Source of the DNA: an uncultured virus (IMG/VR IMGVR_UViG_3300044922_001008) | Taxonomy: Duplodnaviria; Heunggongvirae; Uroviricota; Caudoviricetes | Direction: 5' to 3' (one strand) | DNA length: 64,000 bases | IMG/VR virus record: IMGVR_UViG_3300044922_001008 | In this document: in pieces, positions 10,010 through 18,168 of the stretch | Numbering within the stretch: position 1 is the stretch's first letter | Layout of the letters: the number at the start of each line of letters is the position of its first letter | The notes under the pieces: generated by a model | Database searches by the model: none | Seen by the model: only the letters and a program-made list of their open reading frames with translations | What the model was told of the DNA's origin: nothing | Position numbers and translations under genes: made by a program

Positions 10010-10400
10010 TTGCATCTTTGCATTTTTTAGCAAGTTCGTAGTTTTCAACTACAATTGCAGACATCATAATTTTTTCAATTTTTTCAATTGTAATGTTATC
10101 AAAACATAATGGTCTTTTGCCACAATGAGTTAATGATTGTTGACATTTTCTTAATATTTTATCGATAAATAATTTGAACTGTACATAACAATTGCCACAT
10201 CCCATTTTCCCATTGTTTTGCAAATCCATCAATAATAGACCACAATTTGAACAAGATATAAAAAAAATGTCTTTAATGTCAATGAATCCACTGCAATTTT
10301 GACATATATCGCAATCTTTTATATTATCGCCATCATTGATGTGATAATGAATATTTTTCATGTTAGAGCAAGGATTGTTTGATATTGGGCAATTATCCAT
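9969..10400 (-). CDS. McsA-like protein (CxxC motifs plus UVR domain)
   Basis: CQNC, CSNCG, GKMGCGNCY, HCGKRP, AIVVENYELAKKCKD. Confidence 0.75.
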   Translation of the reverse strand: MDNCPISNNPCSNMKNIHYHINDGDNIKDCDICQNCSGFIDIKDIFFISCSNCGLLLMDLQNNGKMGCGNCYVQFKLFIDKILRKCQQSLTHCGKRPLCFDNITIEKIEKIMMSAIVVENYELAKKCKDAIIRKAKTLDLLDQ

Positions 10401-10921
10401 TATTTCGAGTCCTTAATTTTTTTCATATAACTCGATATCTCTTCAGTTGTAAGTTCGCTTTTATATTTTTCAAAAAAAACATCATTATATTTTTCTAATT
10501 CTGCGACAAATTTTTTCCTTGAAATTTCTAATTTATCTAAATATGCCAATACTTCTTTTTTTGTAGCAGGTCTAGATTCTGAAGATGTAATCAATTTATG
10601 ATTTGGATTATCGAATCTTTTAATTTCTTCTTGCCAATATTCTTCTATTTTTAGAATTGAGCTTAATGTTCTATTTCCAACGACAAACATAAACATATCT
10701 TTTTGATATTCACTTAATTCATTCCATAATAATTCTTTTTCCGAATATTTGTTCTTTAAAATAATTTCTGTCCATGTGTTTTTTTCAAAAACTCCTTTTG
10801 CCATTTTTGCCACATGATCAATTTTATTTTCATATTCAGCCACTGTTGGAGAATATTGTTTATGTGTTTGAGAAAATGCAAATCCTACTATAAACAAAAA
10901 AAATATAAGTAATAATCTCAA
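10400..10921 (-). CDS. Exported hypothetical protein
   Basis: Signal peptide MRLLLIFFLFIVGFAFS. Confidence 0.7.
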   Translation of the reverse strand: MRLLLIFFLFIVGFAFSQTHKQYSPTVAEYENKIDHVAKMAKGVFEKNTWTEIILKNKYSEKELLWNELSEYQKDMFMFVVGNRTLSSILKIEEYWQEEIKRFDNPNHKLITSSESRPATKKEVLAYLDKLEISRKKFVAELEKYNDVFFEKYKSELTTEEISSYMKKIKDSK

Positions 10922-11757
10922 ATTATCTCCCCTTTAATCCTTAAAGAGAATCCGTCATTTTCCATTGAGTTTATACCAGCAACAACGGTTCTTTTTATCC
11001 AAACTGGTAAATATTCAGTTGGCTTAAGATTACCTATAAGTAAAGGAGATGATGACGATGTTTCGACAAAAGTAATATTATTTGGAGCATTAATTTCTGA
11101 TGCTATTTCAGTGGCTGTTTTTAATTTTGGTCCTCCATCAAAAACTTTTTGTAAAGTGAATGTTGCATTTACATCTACAAATGATTGCGACAAATTAACA
11201 ACTTCTAATGATTCAAAATATCTCTTTGAACTTGTGCCAATAAAATTCACAGAGAAATAAGCGGTAGTTCCAAGATAAGACCCACTTATTGTAACTTGTT
11301 CTAATCCAGAAATAGATCTAATTGAGGTTTGAAAATTACTAGCCCAAACATTAATGTTTAAATCGTGTGCGAATGAAAATTGAATATTTGCGTCTGTAAA
11401 GAAATCATACAATTGCAATGTTACAGTTCCAGATGATACATTGCCAGCATTTGTAATATAAATGTCTTGTCTCTCATTATTTACTTCAATTCCAATTGTA
11501 ATTGATGCACCACCAGAAACTTGACTATCCACATAAATTGCAGCATTGAGCAATGTATCTGTAATATTAATATTGTTGAAATACACACATCGATAGTCTG
11601 TATGTCCAGCAGAATTTTGTACTGCAGAAACATTATCAAATATTCTATTAGATGATAAAACATAATTGGAGATCGCCCCTCCAATGCTAGAGTCCGGATC
11701 ATTATTTGATCCACCACCAGAATAAAACAATTTTATATCATCATTTTGCAGAGTCAT
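10918..11757 (-). CDS. Putative virion structural (beta-rich) protein
   Basis: SIGGAIS...IFDNVS...DYRCVYF.N pattern seen in phage structural proteins; Ser/Thr/Asn-rich. Confidence 0.55.
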   Translation of the reverse strand: MTLQNDDIKLFYSGGGSNNDPDSSIGGAISNYVLSSNRIFDNVSAVQNSAGHTDYRCVYFNNINITDTLLNAAIYVDSQVSGGASITIGIEVNNERQDIYITNAGNVSSGTVTLQLYDFFTDANIQFSFAHDLNINVWASNFQTSIRSISGLEQVTISGSYLGTTAYFSVNFIGTSSKRYFESLEVVNLSQSFVDVNATFTLQKVFDGGPKLKTATEIASEINAPNNITFVETSSSSPLLIGNLKPTEYLPVWIKRTVVAGINSMENDGFSLRIKGEII

Positions 11758-12052
11758 GTTCCCTCAAAGGATTTTTCAATATGTACCTTACATTCCTTGC
11801 TGAATATCCTGTAAAATTTGCGATTTCTTTAATTCCCCATCCCAAACCATGCAAGTGCTGAACCTTTTCTTTGTGTAGGTTCTTTCTATTGGGATTTATT
11901 TGGCTTACATGAAGTATCCGATAAACCTCTCTTTCTGATAAACCAAACATATTTCCAATTTTAGATACAGAAAGATCGGGTCTAGCCAAGTAAATATTTA
12001 TTACTTGGCTTTCGTTTTGATTGTTTTCAAAAAATTCAATAAAGCCTTGCAT
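11741..12052 (-). CDS. Double helix-turn-helix DNA-binding protein with capsid-targeting-like N-terminus
   Basis: SVSKIGNMFGLSEREVYRIL and GIKEIANFTGYSARNVRYIL; starts MQGFIEFFE. Confidence 0.75.
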   Translation of the reverse strand: MQGFIEFFENNQNESQVINIYLARPDLSVSKIGNMFGLSEREVYRILHVSQINPNRKNLHKEKVQHLHGLGWGIKEIANFTGYSARNVRYILKNPLREHDSAK

Positions 12053-12062
12053 AAATTATATA

Positions 12063-12092
12063 TTGAATAACCTTTTCGAAAAAACTTATAAT
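12063..12092 (+). promoter_or_regulatory. Sigma70-like promoter
   Basis: TTGAAT-N18-TATAAT upstream of 12110. Confidence 0.5.
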
Positions 12093-12109
12093 TAATCATT
12101 GGAGTCATT

Positions 12110-12856
12110 GTGTTTAAAAGATCTATTAGTATTAAGTGGTATGATGACGATAAAAGGAACAATAATATTTTACAAATATATAAAAAGGGTCTCGAATTTT
12201 CCTTTGTATCTGAAAATAACGAGCAATGTCATCCTTTTGTGTTTTGTAAGGATTTCTTGCAAATAGTTATATTTGCAAATATTTACAATAGAATCATAAG
12301 CATATTCAATTTTCATTATAATCCAAGAAAAAATCCAATTTGTTTAGAAGAAATTCGTATCTTATTGAAAAACAAATCAGATAAAGAATTTATAGACAAA
12401 ATCAACAATTCAATTAATTTTATCAATCAATTTGAAAAAAAATTAAAAATAAAAAAAACTAAGTTCAAAATATGTGAAGATAATACCGCACTTTTAATTG
12501 CAAGCAAAAGATGGCTTAAATCTCCTCCTCTAATATCAATGTATATGTTGCTAATTCGCATAGGAATGGTCCACAAAATAGACAAAAAAACTGATTTCAC
12601 AATAAATGGGATTTTAGAAAGCAAAATAAAACCGTATCAAGTAAAAGATTGCTCATTATTGAAAAATTCTATGTATGGAATAAAAAAAATAATGAGTATT
12701 GGTGATCGAAAATGCTTTTGCCAAGATATCCGTAAAAATTATCCAGATATAAATCTTATTACAATTCATAGAGATGGAATACTATCTTATAGCACAGACC
12801 TATTTCAATCAGATAATCAGAATTTGCAAACAATTACTCGATGGCAATCACTATAG
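12110..12856 (+). CDS. Hypothetical protein, first gene of the COOH-NH2 ligase operon
   Basis: GGAG Shine-Dalgarno, GTG start, 248 aa; CHPFVFCKDFLQ motif. Confidence 0.7.
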   Translation: MFKRSISIKWYDDDKRNNNILQIYKKGLEFSFVSENNEQCHPFVFCKDFLQIVIFANIYNRIISIFNFHYNPRKNPICLEEIRILLKNKSDKEFIDKINNSINFINQFEKKLKIKKTKFKICEDNTALLIASKRWLKSPPLISMYMLLIRIGMVHKIDKKTDFTINGILESKIKPYQVKDCSLLKNSMYGIKKIMSIGDRKCFCQDIRKNYPDINLITIHRDGILSYSTDLFQSDNQNLQTITRWQSL

Positions 12857-12865
12857 GAGGCAATT

Positions 12866-13786
12866 ATGTTTTCATTTGGCTCTGATCCAGAAGTATTTAT
12901 TTCCAGCAATGGCAAAATAATAAATGCCATTAATGTACTTCCAAACAAAGAAAACAAAATTAGCCGAGGTTACACATCCATCTATTATGATAATGTTTTG
13001 GCGGAAATGCAAATTACTCCTGCATATTCAGCATCTGAAGCTATTCATAATATTCGCACGGCATTTCAGATGTTGCAAGAAAATATAAAAGATCATGAAA
13101 TAAAAATCGAATCTGCTCATTGGCTTGATAATCAAGATCTTCTTGATAAGGAATCTAGAATTGTTGGGTGTAATTCTGAATTTTGTGCATATACACTTGA
13201 ACAAATTCAGCCACCAGAAGATGTGATTAAAAGCACTGGATTTCGTACTGCTGGTGGTCATATTCATTTGGGAAATAGTGATCTATTTCAAGATAGCAAA
13301 GGAATATTGAACACAGTTCGAATGTTAGATTTATTTGTCGCAATACCATCAGTGTTGCTTGATCAAGATATAACGCAAAAATACAGAAGAAAAATCTATG
13401 GTCATGCTGGAAGTCATAGAATTCCAGATCATGGTTTAGAATATCGTTGTCTTGGTAATTTTTGGTTAAAAAGCCCAAGACTTGTAGAGTTAATTTATGA
13501 CTTGACTGCGTATACAATTAATTTTGTGGAAAAAGAGAAAAACAAACTTTTTTGGATTACAGACGAAGAGTTTGATGAAAATGTTGATCAGACAACCTTT
13601 TGTTTTGGTTATGATGCCAACCTACTTCAAACTTGTATAAATACATGCGACAGAAGAAAAGCCGAAAAGTTTATGCATATTGTAAACTGTCATCTACCAA
13701 AAGACTTGGCTTATAAAATAGAAGATTTCTCTGAAACTAACTTTGATTTTTATCATGAATGGGGAATAGATTGTTTGGATTCATAA
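12866..13786 (+). CDS. phiEco32-like COOH-NH2 ligase type 2 (glutamine synthetase/GCS fold)
   Basis: GSDPEVF, DNVLAE, GC, RTAGGHIHLG, YGHAG.HR, GLEYR. Confidence 0.85.
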   Translation: MFSFGSDPEVFISSNGKIINAINVLPNKENKISRGYTSIYYDNVLAEMQITPAYSASEAIHNIRTAFQMLQENIKDHEIKIESAHWLDNQDLLDKESRIVGCNSEFCAYTLEQIQPPEDVIKSTGFRTAGGHIHLGNSDLFQDSKGILNTVRMLDLFVAIPSVLLDQDITQKYRRKIYGHAGSHRIPDHGLEYRCLGNFWLKSPRLVELIYDLTAYTINFVEKEKNKLFWITDEEFDENVDQTTFCFGYDANLLQTCINTCDRRKAEKFMHIVNCHLPKDLAYKIEDFSETNFDFYHEWGIDCLDS

Positions 13787-14376
13787 AAAAAAACTCAAAC
13801 AAAAAGATAGAAAAAAATATATTTCTTTTGGTTGGAAGAAACCAAGAGCCAGAAGCCCTATTATCTTTGTATGAAAATAATTCGGAGATAATGAAGAATT
13901 GTAAAATTAATATTATAACACCAGAAGTTGAATGGTATCCAAAACCTTCTGGAATTACAAATCAAAACAAATCAATCAAAGGCTTGGTGAAAACATCATT
14001 GAGTTTGCGTCATGTTATAAATGACATCATGAATCTTGAAAAAATAGATCCAGAGAACACAGTCATTGGCGGTTATTCTGCTGGTGCTGTTGTAGCCTTT
14101 CAAATTTGGATGACAAGCAAAATCAAAACATGCATAAGCCATAGCGGGTGCATATTAAATGTTGATAATATTATTTTAAATGAAACTCAAAAAAAATGTT
14201 TATTGATTCATAATCGTGATGACGAAATTTTCACTTGGGAAGAAAGATACTTGCCCACAAGAAATTCACTAGTAGCGTTAAATTACGATGTTACAGCCAT
14301 TGAAGGAACATATGGTGGTCATAGCATTTCGGACAAACACATAAGATATGTAAGTAATTATCTTGATTTGTTTTGA
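13759..14376 (+). CDS. Alpha/beta hydrolase (phospholipase/carboxylesterase-like)
   Basis: GYSAGA nucleophile elbow, HNRDD, GGH. Confidence 0.75.
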   Translation: MGNRLFGFIKKNSNKKIEKNIFLLVGRNQEPEALLSLYENNSEIMKNCKINIITPEVEWYPKPSGITNQNKSIKGLVKTSLSLRHVINDIMNLEKIDPENTVIGGYSAGAVVAFQIWMTSKIKTCISHSGCILNVDNIILNETQKKCLLIHNRDDEIFTWEERYLPTRNSLVALNYDVTAIEGTYGGHSISDKHIRYVSNYLDLF

Positions 14377-15089
14377 TTTCTTATATTCCTGCAGTTTGAA
14401 TTTATATTTATTTCTCTGCACTTTCTACAAGACCAAAATTTATCCATAGATAAAAATGCTTGGACTTCAAGCTTTAATCTTTTTTTGTGAATAATGAAAT
14501 GATTTTTACAATTATGACAAAGACTTTTTTTGAAATTTTCTCGTAAGGTTTTTACCTTTGGTGTTTTTCTTGTTTTAACTTCGCTTTTTCTTTGATTTTT
14601 TCTATTCTCCCAATAAAACTTTAACAATTCCTCTGGCATTGGTGGTATTGGAAATGTGCTTTCTTTCAAAAATCTGTAGCGACTACCATTGACATGTATA
14701 GAAGGAGGAAATACTGATTGAACATTATTGCCCCTAAATTCAATACCACGAAATTTTGTTGCAGTTAATGTCACATCTGGATTTAAAAATATGTGATGAA
14801 TAGATCTGCTGCTTTCAAAACAAGGATGTTTGTAATTTCCTATTAAAGAATAAAGTAATTCATTTGATTCTTCTGTATCTGCTTCTACATCAATAATATC
14901 GCCAAGTAAAATTCCAATATTAAGATTATCATGTTCCTGCAATAACATTTTCCATTTGTTTTGATCGTATTTAGAATTCCACTTAGATAATAGTGGCTTT
15001 TTAGATGTCGGATGAAGTAATATTGGCTTAAGCCCAATGCTTAAGTATTTTTCAAAATATGTTTTTATTTCATTGGACATAATTGACAA
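14358..15089 (-). CDS. Bifunctional primase/polymerase (Prim-Pol) N-terminal domain with C-terminal zinc ribbon
   Basis: KKPL..W, NIGILLG.IIDVEAD, SIHH.F, EFRG...QSVFPPSIH..G.RY; CHNC...CRKC. Confidence 0.8.
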   Translation of the reverse strand: MSIMSNEIKTYFEKYLSIGLKPILLHPTSKKPLLSKWNSKYDQNKWKMLLQEHDNLNIGILLGDIIDVEADTEESNELLYSLIGNYKHPCFESSRSIHHIFLNPDVTLTATKFRGIEFRGNNVQSVFPPSIHVNGSRYRFLKESTFPIPPMPEELLKFYWENRKNQRKSEVKTRKTPKVKTLRENFKKSLCHNCKNHFIIHKKRLKLEVQAFLSMDKFWSCRKCREININSNCRNIRNQNKSR

Positions 15090-15134
15090 AAAACCTCAAA
15101 ATGATCCTATCTTAATGATAAAGGAGATTTAAAC

Positions 15135-16034
15135 ATGGCAAGAATATTAGTTACTGGTGCTTCTGGATTCATTGGCTCCGCATTAGCAAATAAACTTCAT
15201 GATCTTGGTCATGAGATCATTGTATCTGGAAGTAGGAGTGAAAGGAAGTGCAAGCATGATTACTTTTTACCTCCGAACTGTTCCGGACTAAGTAAATTAA
15301 AAAATTTAGATTATTGCTTTCATCAAGCAGCACACAATGATACTACGGACACCGATGAAGAGTATATGTACTCTATAAACTGCGATTTCTCTTTAGAAGT
15401 TTTTAATCAAGTTGCTGATATGGGTTGCAAAAAAATTATTTACGCAAGTAGTGCATCTGTCTATGGTTTGTTGCCTCCTCCACATCGAGAAGATGGCGAA
15501 ACATGCCCCGCCAATATTTATTCGCAATCGAAAAATAGACTAGAAAATATCGCAAATAAATTTTCAGAAGATAAAAAAATACCAGTCATTGGTTTGAGAT
15601 ATTTTAATGTTTATGGGATTGGAGAACAGCACAAAAAAAACCGAGCAAGCATGATTTATAAATTGTGCAAACAAGCAATACAAAATGGAAAAGTCAGTGT
15701 ATTTAAATCTGGCGAGCAAACAAGAGATTGGGTTGCAGTTGAGGATATTGTTGATTTAAATATTTCCTGTTTAGAATATAACAAATCTGATGTTTTCAAT
15801 GCTGGTACAGGTGTTGGAACTTCTATAAATGATATCATATCCACTATTAAGGAAAATTTAGGGAAGCCACTTGAAGTGGAATACCTAGATAATCCATTTA
15901 CTTTATTCTTTCAAAATCACACTAAAGCTCATATCAGAAAATCTCAAGAACTATTAAATTATAATCCAAAAGTCGATATTAAAACTGGTGTAAAGAATTT
16001 ACTTGAAAAAATGAAAAAAGCCTCAAGTCTTTAG
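15135..16034 (+). CDS. ADP-L-glycero-D-manno-heptose 6-epimerase-like SDR
   Basis: VTGASGFIG, FHQAA, YASSASVYG, YSQSK, GLRYFNVYG.GEQHK..RASM, GEQTRD. Confidence 0.8.
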   Translation: MARILVTGASGFIGSALANKLHDLGHEIIVSGSRSERKCKHDYFLPPNCSGLSKLKNLDYCFHQAAHNDTTDTDEEYMYSINCDFSLEVFNQVADMGCKKIIYASSASVYGLLPPPHREDGETCPANIYSQSKNRLENIANKFSEDKKIPVIGLRYFNVYGIGEQHKKNRASMIYKLCKQAIQNGKVSVFKSGEQTRDWVAVEDIVDLNISCLEYNKSDVFNAGTGVGTSINDIISTIKENLGKPLEVEYLDNPFTLFFQNHTKAHIRKSQELLNYNPKVDIKTGVKNLLEKMKKASSL

Positions 16035-16046
16035 ACATGAGGCTTT
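16017..16046. terminator. Bidirectional terminator between convergent genes
   Basis: AAAGCCTCAAGTCT-TT-AGACATGAGGCTTT hairpin. Confidence 0.65.
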
Positions 16047-16066
16047 AATTTTATATTGAAAAAATG

Positions 16067-16900
16067 TTAGCTAATACCATCATAGAATTTTCGAGTTGGA
16101 TTTGCACCAAAAACTCCTTCCATCCAAGAAGATTCATTTTTAATCTTCTTCATTTTCTTTTTTGCAACTGCAATTGCAAGTTTTTCTGGTAATCCTTTTT
16201 TCACAAGTTTGCTGATTATAGCTGCTTCTGAATCTTCGCTTGCTTCAACATCTGAGTCAGTATCTGAATCAACATCTTTTTTTGGCACACTTTTCTTAGA
16301 TTTCTTTTTGTGCGTTGATTTCTTAGATTCATTATAAGAAGATTCTTTCATGCACTTCATACACTTCATGTGTTTCATATGCTTTTTATGCTTTTTAGAT
16401 TCTTCAAATTCATCTCCATCACTTTCATCATGATCTTCATCACCTTCATGATCCTCATCACCTTCATGATCCTCATCACCTTCATGATCTTCATCACCTT
16501 CATGATCTTCATCACCTTCATGATCTTCATCACCTTCATGATCTTCATCACCTTTATCTTCATGATCCTCATGATCCTCATCACCTTTATCTTCATGATC
16601 CTCATGATCCTCATGATCCATATCTTCATGATCCATATCTTCTTTTTTCATATTTTTGGAATATTTTCCACAATATTTACACTTGCTCATCTTTGGCTCA
16701 TCTTTTTCTGATGCTGCTGGTACTGTTTCTCCATCACCACTTTCATCTTCGATAACTTCTTTTTTTGCTTTAGCTTCACTATGAACTGGATCAAAAAGAC
16801 TAGAAGGACTAACTAATCCCAAATTTTGGTGATTTGAAAGACCTAAAGTTTGATTAAAAAAGCTTTCGTTTAAAGATTTCCAATTTTTATAAGACAACAT
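16067..16900 (-). CDS. Acidic His-rich repeat protein (scaffold or internal-protein-like)
   Basis: GGAG Shine-Dalgarno before ATG 16900; MLSYKNWKSLNES; tandem GDEDHE units. Confidence 0.75.
   Translation of the reverse strand: MLSYKNWKSLNESFFNQTLGLSNHQNLGLVSPSSLFDPVHSEAKAKKEVIEDESGDGETVPAASEKDEPKMSKCKYCGKYSKNMKKEDMDHEDMDHEDHEDHEDKGDEDHEDHEDKGDEDHEGDEDHEGDEDHEGDEDHEGDEDHEGDEDHEGDEDHDESDGDEFEESKKHKKHMKHMKCMKCMKESSYNESKKSTHKKKSKKSVPKKDVDSDTDSDVEASEDSEAAIISKLVKKGLPEKLAIAVAKKKMKKIKNESSWMEGVFGANPTRKFYDGIS
16428..16640 (-). repeat. In-frame 18-bp tandem repeat encoding GDEDHE/EDH units
   Basis: tcatgatcYtcatcacct repeated about 6 times plus degenerate copies. Confidence 0.9.
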
Positions 16901-16929
16901 ATTATTCTCCAATTCTTTACATAACTAGG

Positions 16930-17691
16930 ATGATGAAAAAATTCTACTTAGCATTGTTATTTATCTTATTTTTTTTGTTTTTTTACAACAAAAGACAAAC
17001 AGATGTCGTTTTTTTTAAAAAAAATGGCAATTCGCAAAATAAAACAGAATATAAATCTATAAAATCATTAGCTTCATATAATCTATCCATACATCTAATA
17101 CAAAAATTTCCAATAACTTTGAGTGGCAATCTTTTCTATGATGATAAAAAGTTTAGATTGTCTGCATCAAGTTTTTTTGGAAAAGAACTTGATATTGGCA
17201 TAAATGATAATTTTTTATGGTATTGGTCAAAAAGATCTAAACCAAAAGCGATTTATTATTCTGATGTCAAAAACTTGAGTAAGACTGGATTAAAATCAGC
17301 ATTAAATCCAGAATGGATAATACTTAGCCTTAATATTAACAACAATGTTGAAAATTCAAAAGAGATTATAAAACTTCCACAAGGAAATTTACATCTTAAA
17401 GATCATAATAATGCTTTGGCGAATGGCATGACTGTTGGAACTTTGATTGACAACGATACCGTTAAAGGTAATTATTTATTTTCCAATAATGGCAAAATGA
17501 TCGCCAGCAGTGAGATCATCGAAAATCAAACTATTGCTGGCGTTTTACTTCCAAAGAAATTGCATATCATTTGGTATGATGAAAACATTATTATGGATTG
17601 GCATATATCTGATGTTCGATTAAATCAGAATATCCATAATAATGTGTGGGTAATGCCAAACATTTATCCAAAAATAGACATTGGAAAATAA
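16930..17691 (+). CDS. Exported or membrane-anchored protein, possibly LolA-like beta fold
   Basis: N-terminal TM/signal; KFRLSA...GKELDIGINDNFLWYW; LPKKLHI.W. Confidence 0.6.
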   Translation: MMKKFYLALLFILFFLFFYNKRQTDVVFFKKNGNSQNKTEYKSIKSLASYNLSIHLIQKFPITLSGNLFYDDKKFRLSASSFFGKELDIGINDNFLWYWSKRSKPKAIYYSDVKNLSKTGLKSALNPEWIILSLNINNNVENSKEIIKLPQGNLHLKDHNNALANGMTVGTLIDNDTVKGNYLFSNNGKMIASSEIIENQTIAGVLLPKKLHIIWYDENIIMDWHISDVRLNQNIHNNVWVMPNIYPKIDIGK

Positions 17692-17692
17692 T

Positions 17693-17944
17693 TTACTTTC
17701 CAAATGCTTTCCGTATGGCATCTCTTCTTACTTGTTGTATTTTTCTTTTTTCGTTGTATGCTCCAGAAGCACTGCGAGGTGCAGGTGGAGTTTGCGAAGT
17801 CGTTTGTGCCATTGTCTGCATGTTTTTAGGGGGCATGACAATATTTTTTGTTGAATTTGCAACAGGCTTCAATGCAGCCTGTTGTCTTGGACCCGAACTA
17901 GATCTATTTGCTCCAAAGCTATTTTTTCTGCATCCGCAAGCCAT
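17693..17944 (-). CDS. Small basic CGC-motif protein
   Basis: GAGGTG Shine-Dalgarno; MACGCRK. Confidence 0.7.
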   Translation of the reverse strand: MACGCRKNSFGANRSSSGPRQQAALKPVANSTKNIVMPPKNMQTMAQTTSQTPPAPRSASGAYNEKRKIQQVRRDAIRKAFGK

Positions 17945-17953
17945 AAATCACCT

Positions 17954-18145
17954 CTATAGATATTTGATTTTTTTCATTTTATCGTGCAGATCCTGCAATT
18001 TTCGCTCCTTACTAACTGTTGGGCGTTTATTCTTGCAGCCACATCCCTTTTTAACTCCTTGTTTTGCCACTTTCAAATCTTCTTGCAAAGGTTGTTGTGG
18101 AATTGCCTCCTGCAATTTATTTTGATCTGGGTTCTCTTTTAACAT
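17954..18145 (-). CDS. Small basic CGC-motif protein
   Basis: KKGCGCKNK; TAAATA 4 nt upstream of ATG. Confidence 0.6.
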   Translation of the reverse strand: MLKENPDQNKLQEAIPQQPLQEDLKVAKQGVKKGCGCKNKRPTVSKERKLQDLHDKMKKIKYL

Positions 18146-18168
18146 AATATATTTATGGAGAATAAAAA

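Noticed and set aside
16428..16640. Tandem repeats as a possible CRISPR array
   Set aside because: Head-to-tail units of 18 bp with no unique spacers, in frame within a gene; the same holds for the repeats near 32100 and 58142.
16370..16711. Hydrophobic repeat ORFs (FMIFIT)n and (MKVMKI)n
   Set aside because: Alternative-frame readings of the GDEDHE tandem repeat; no expression signals.
17646..18125. 159-aa plus-strand ORF
   Set aside because: Antisense to two minus-strand genes that have a Shine-Dalgarno or late box.
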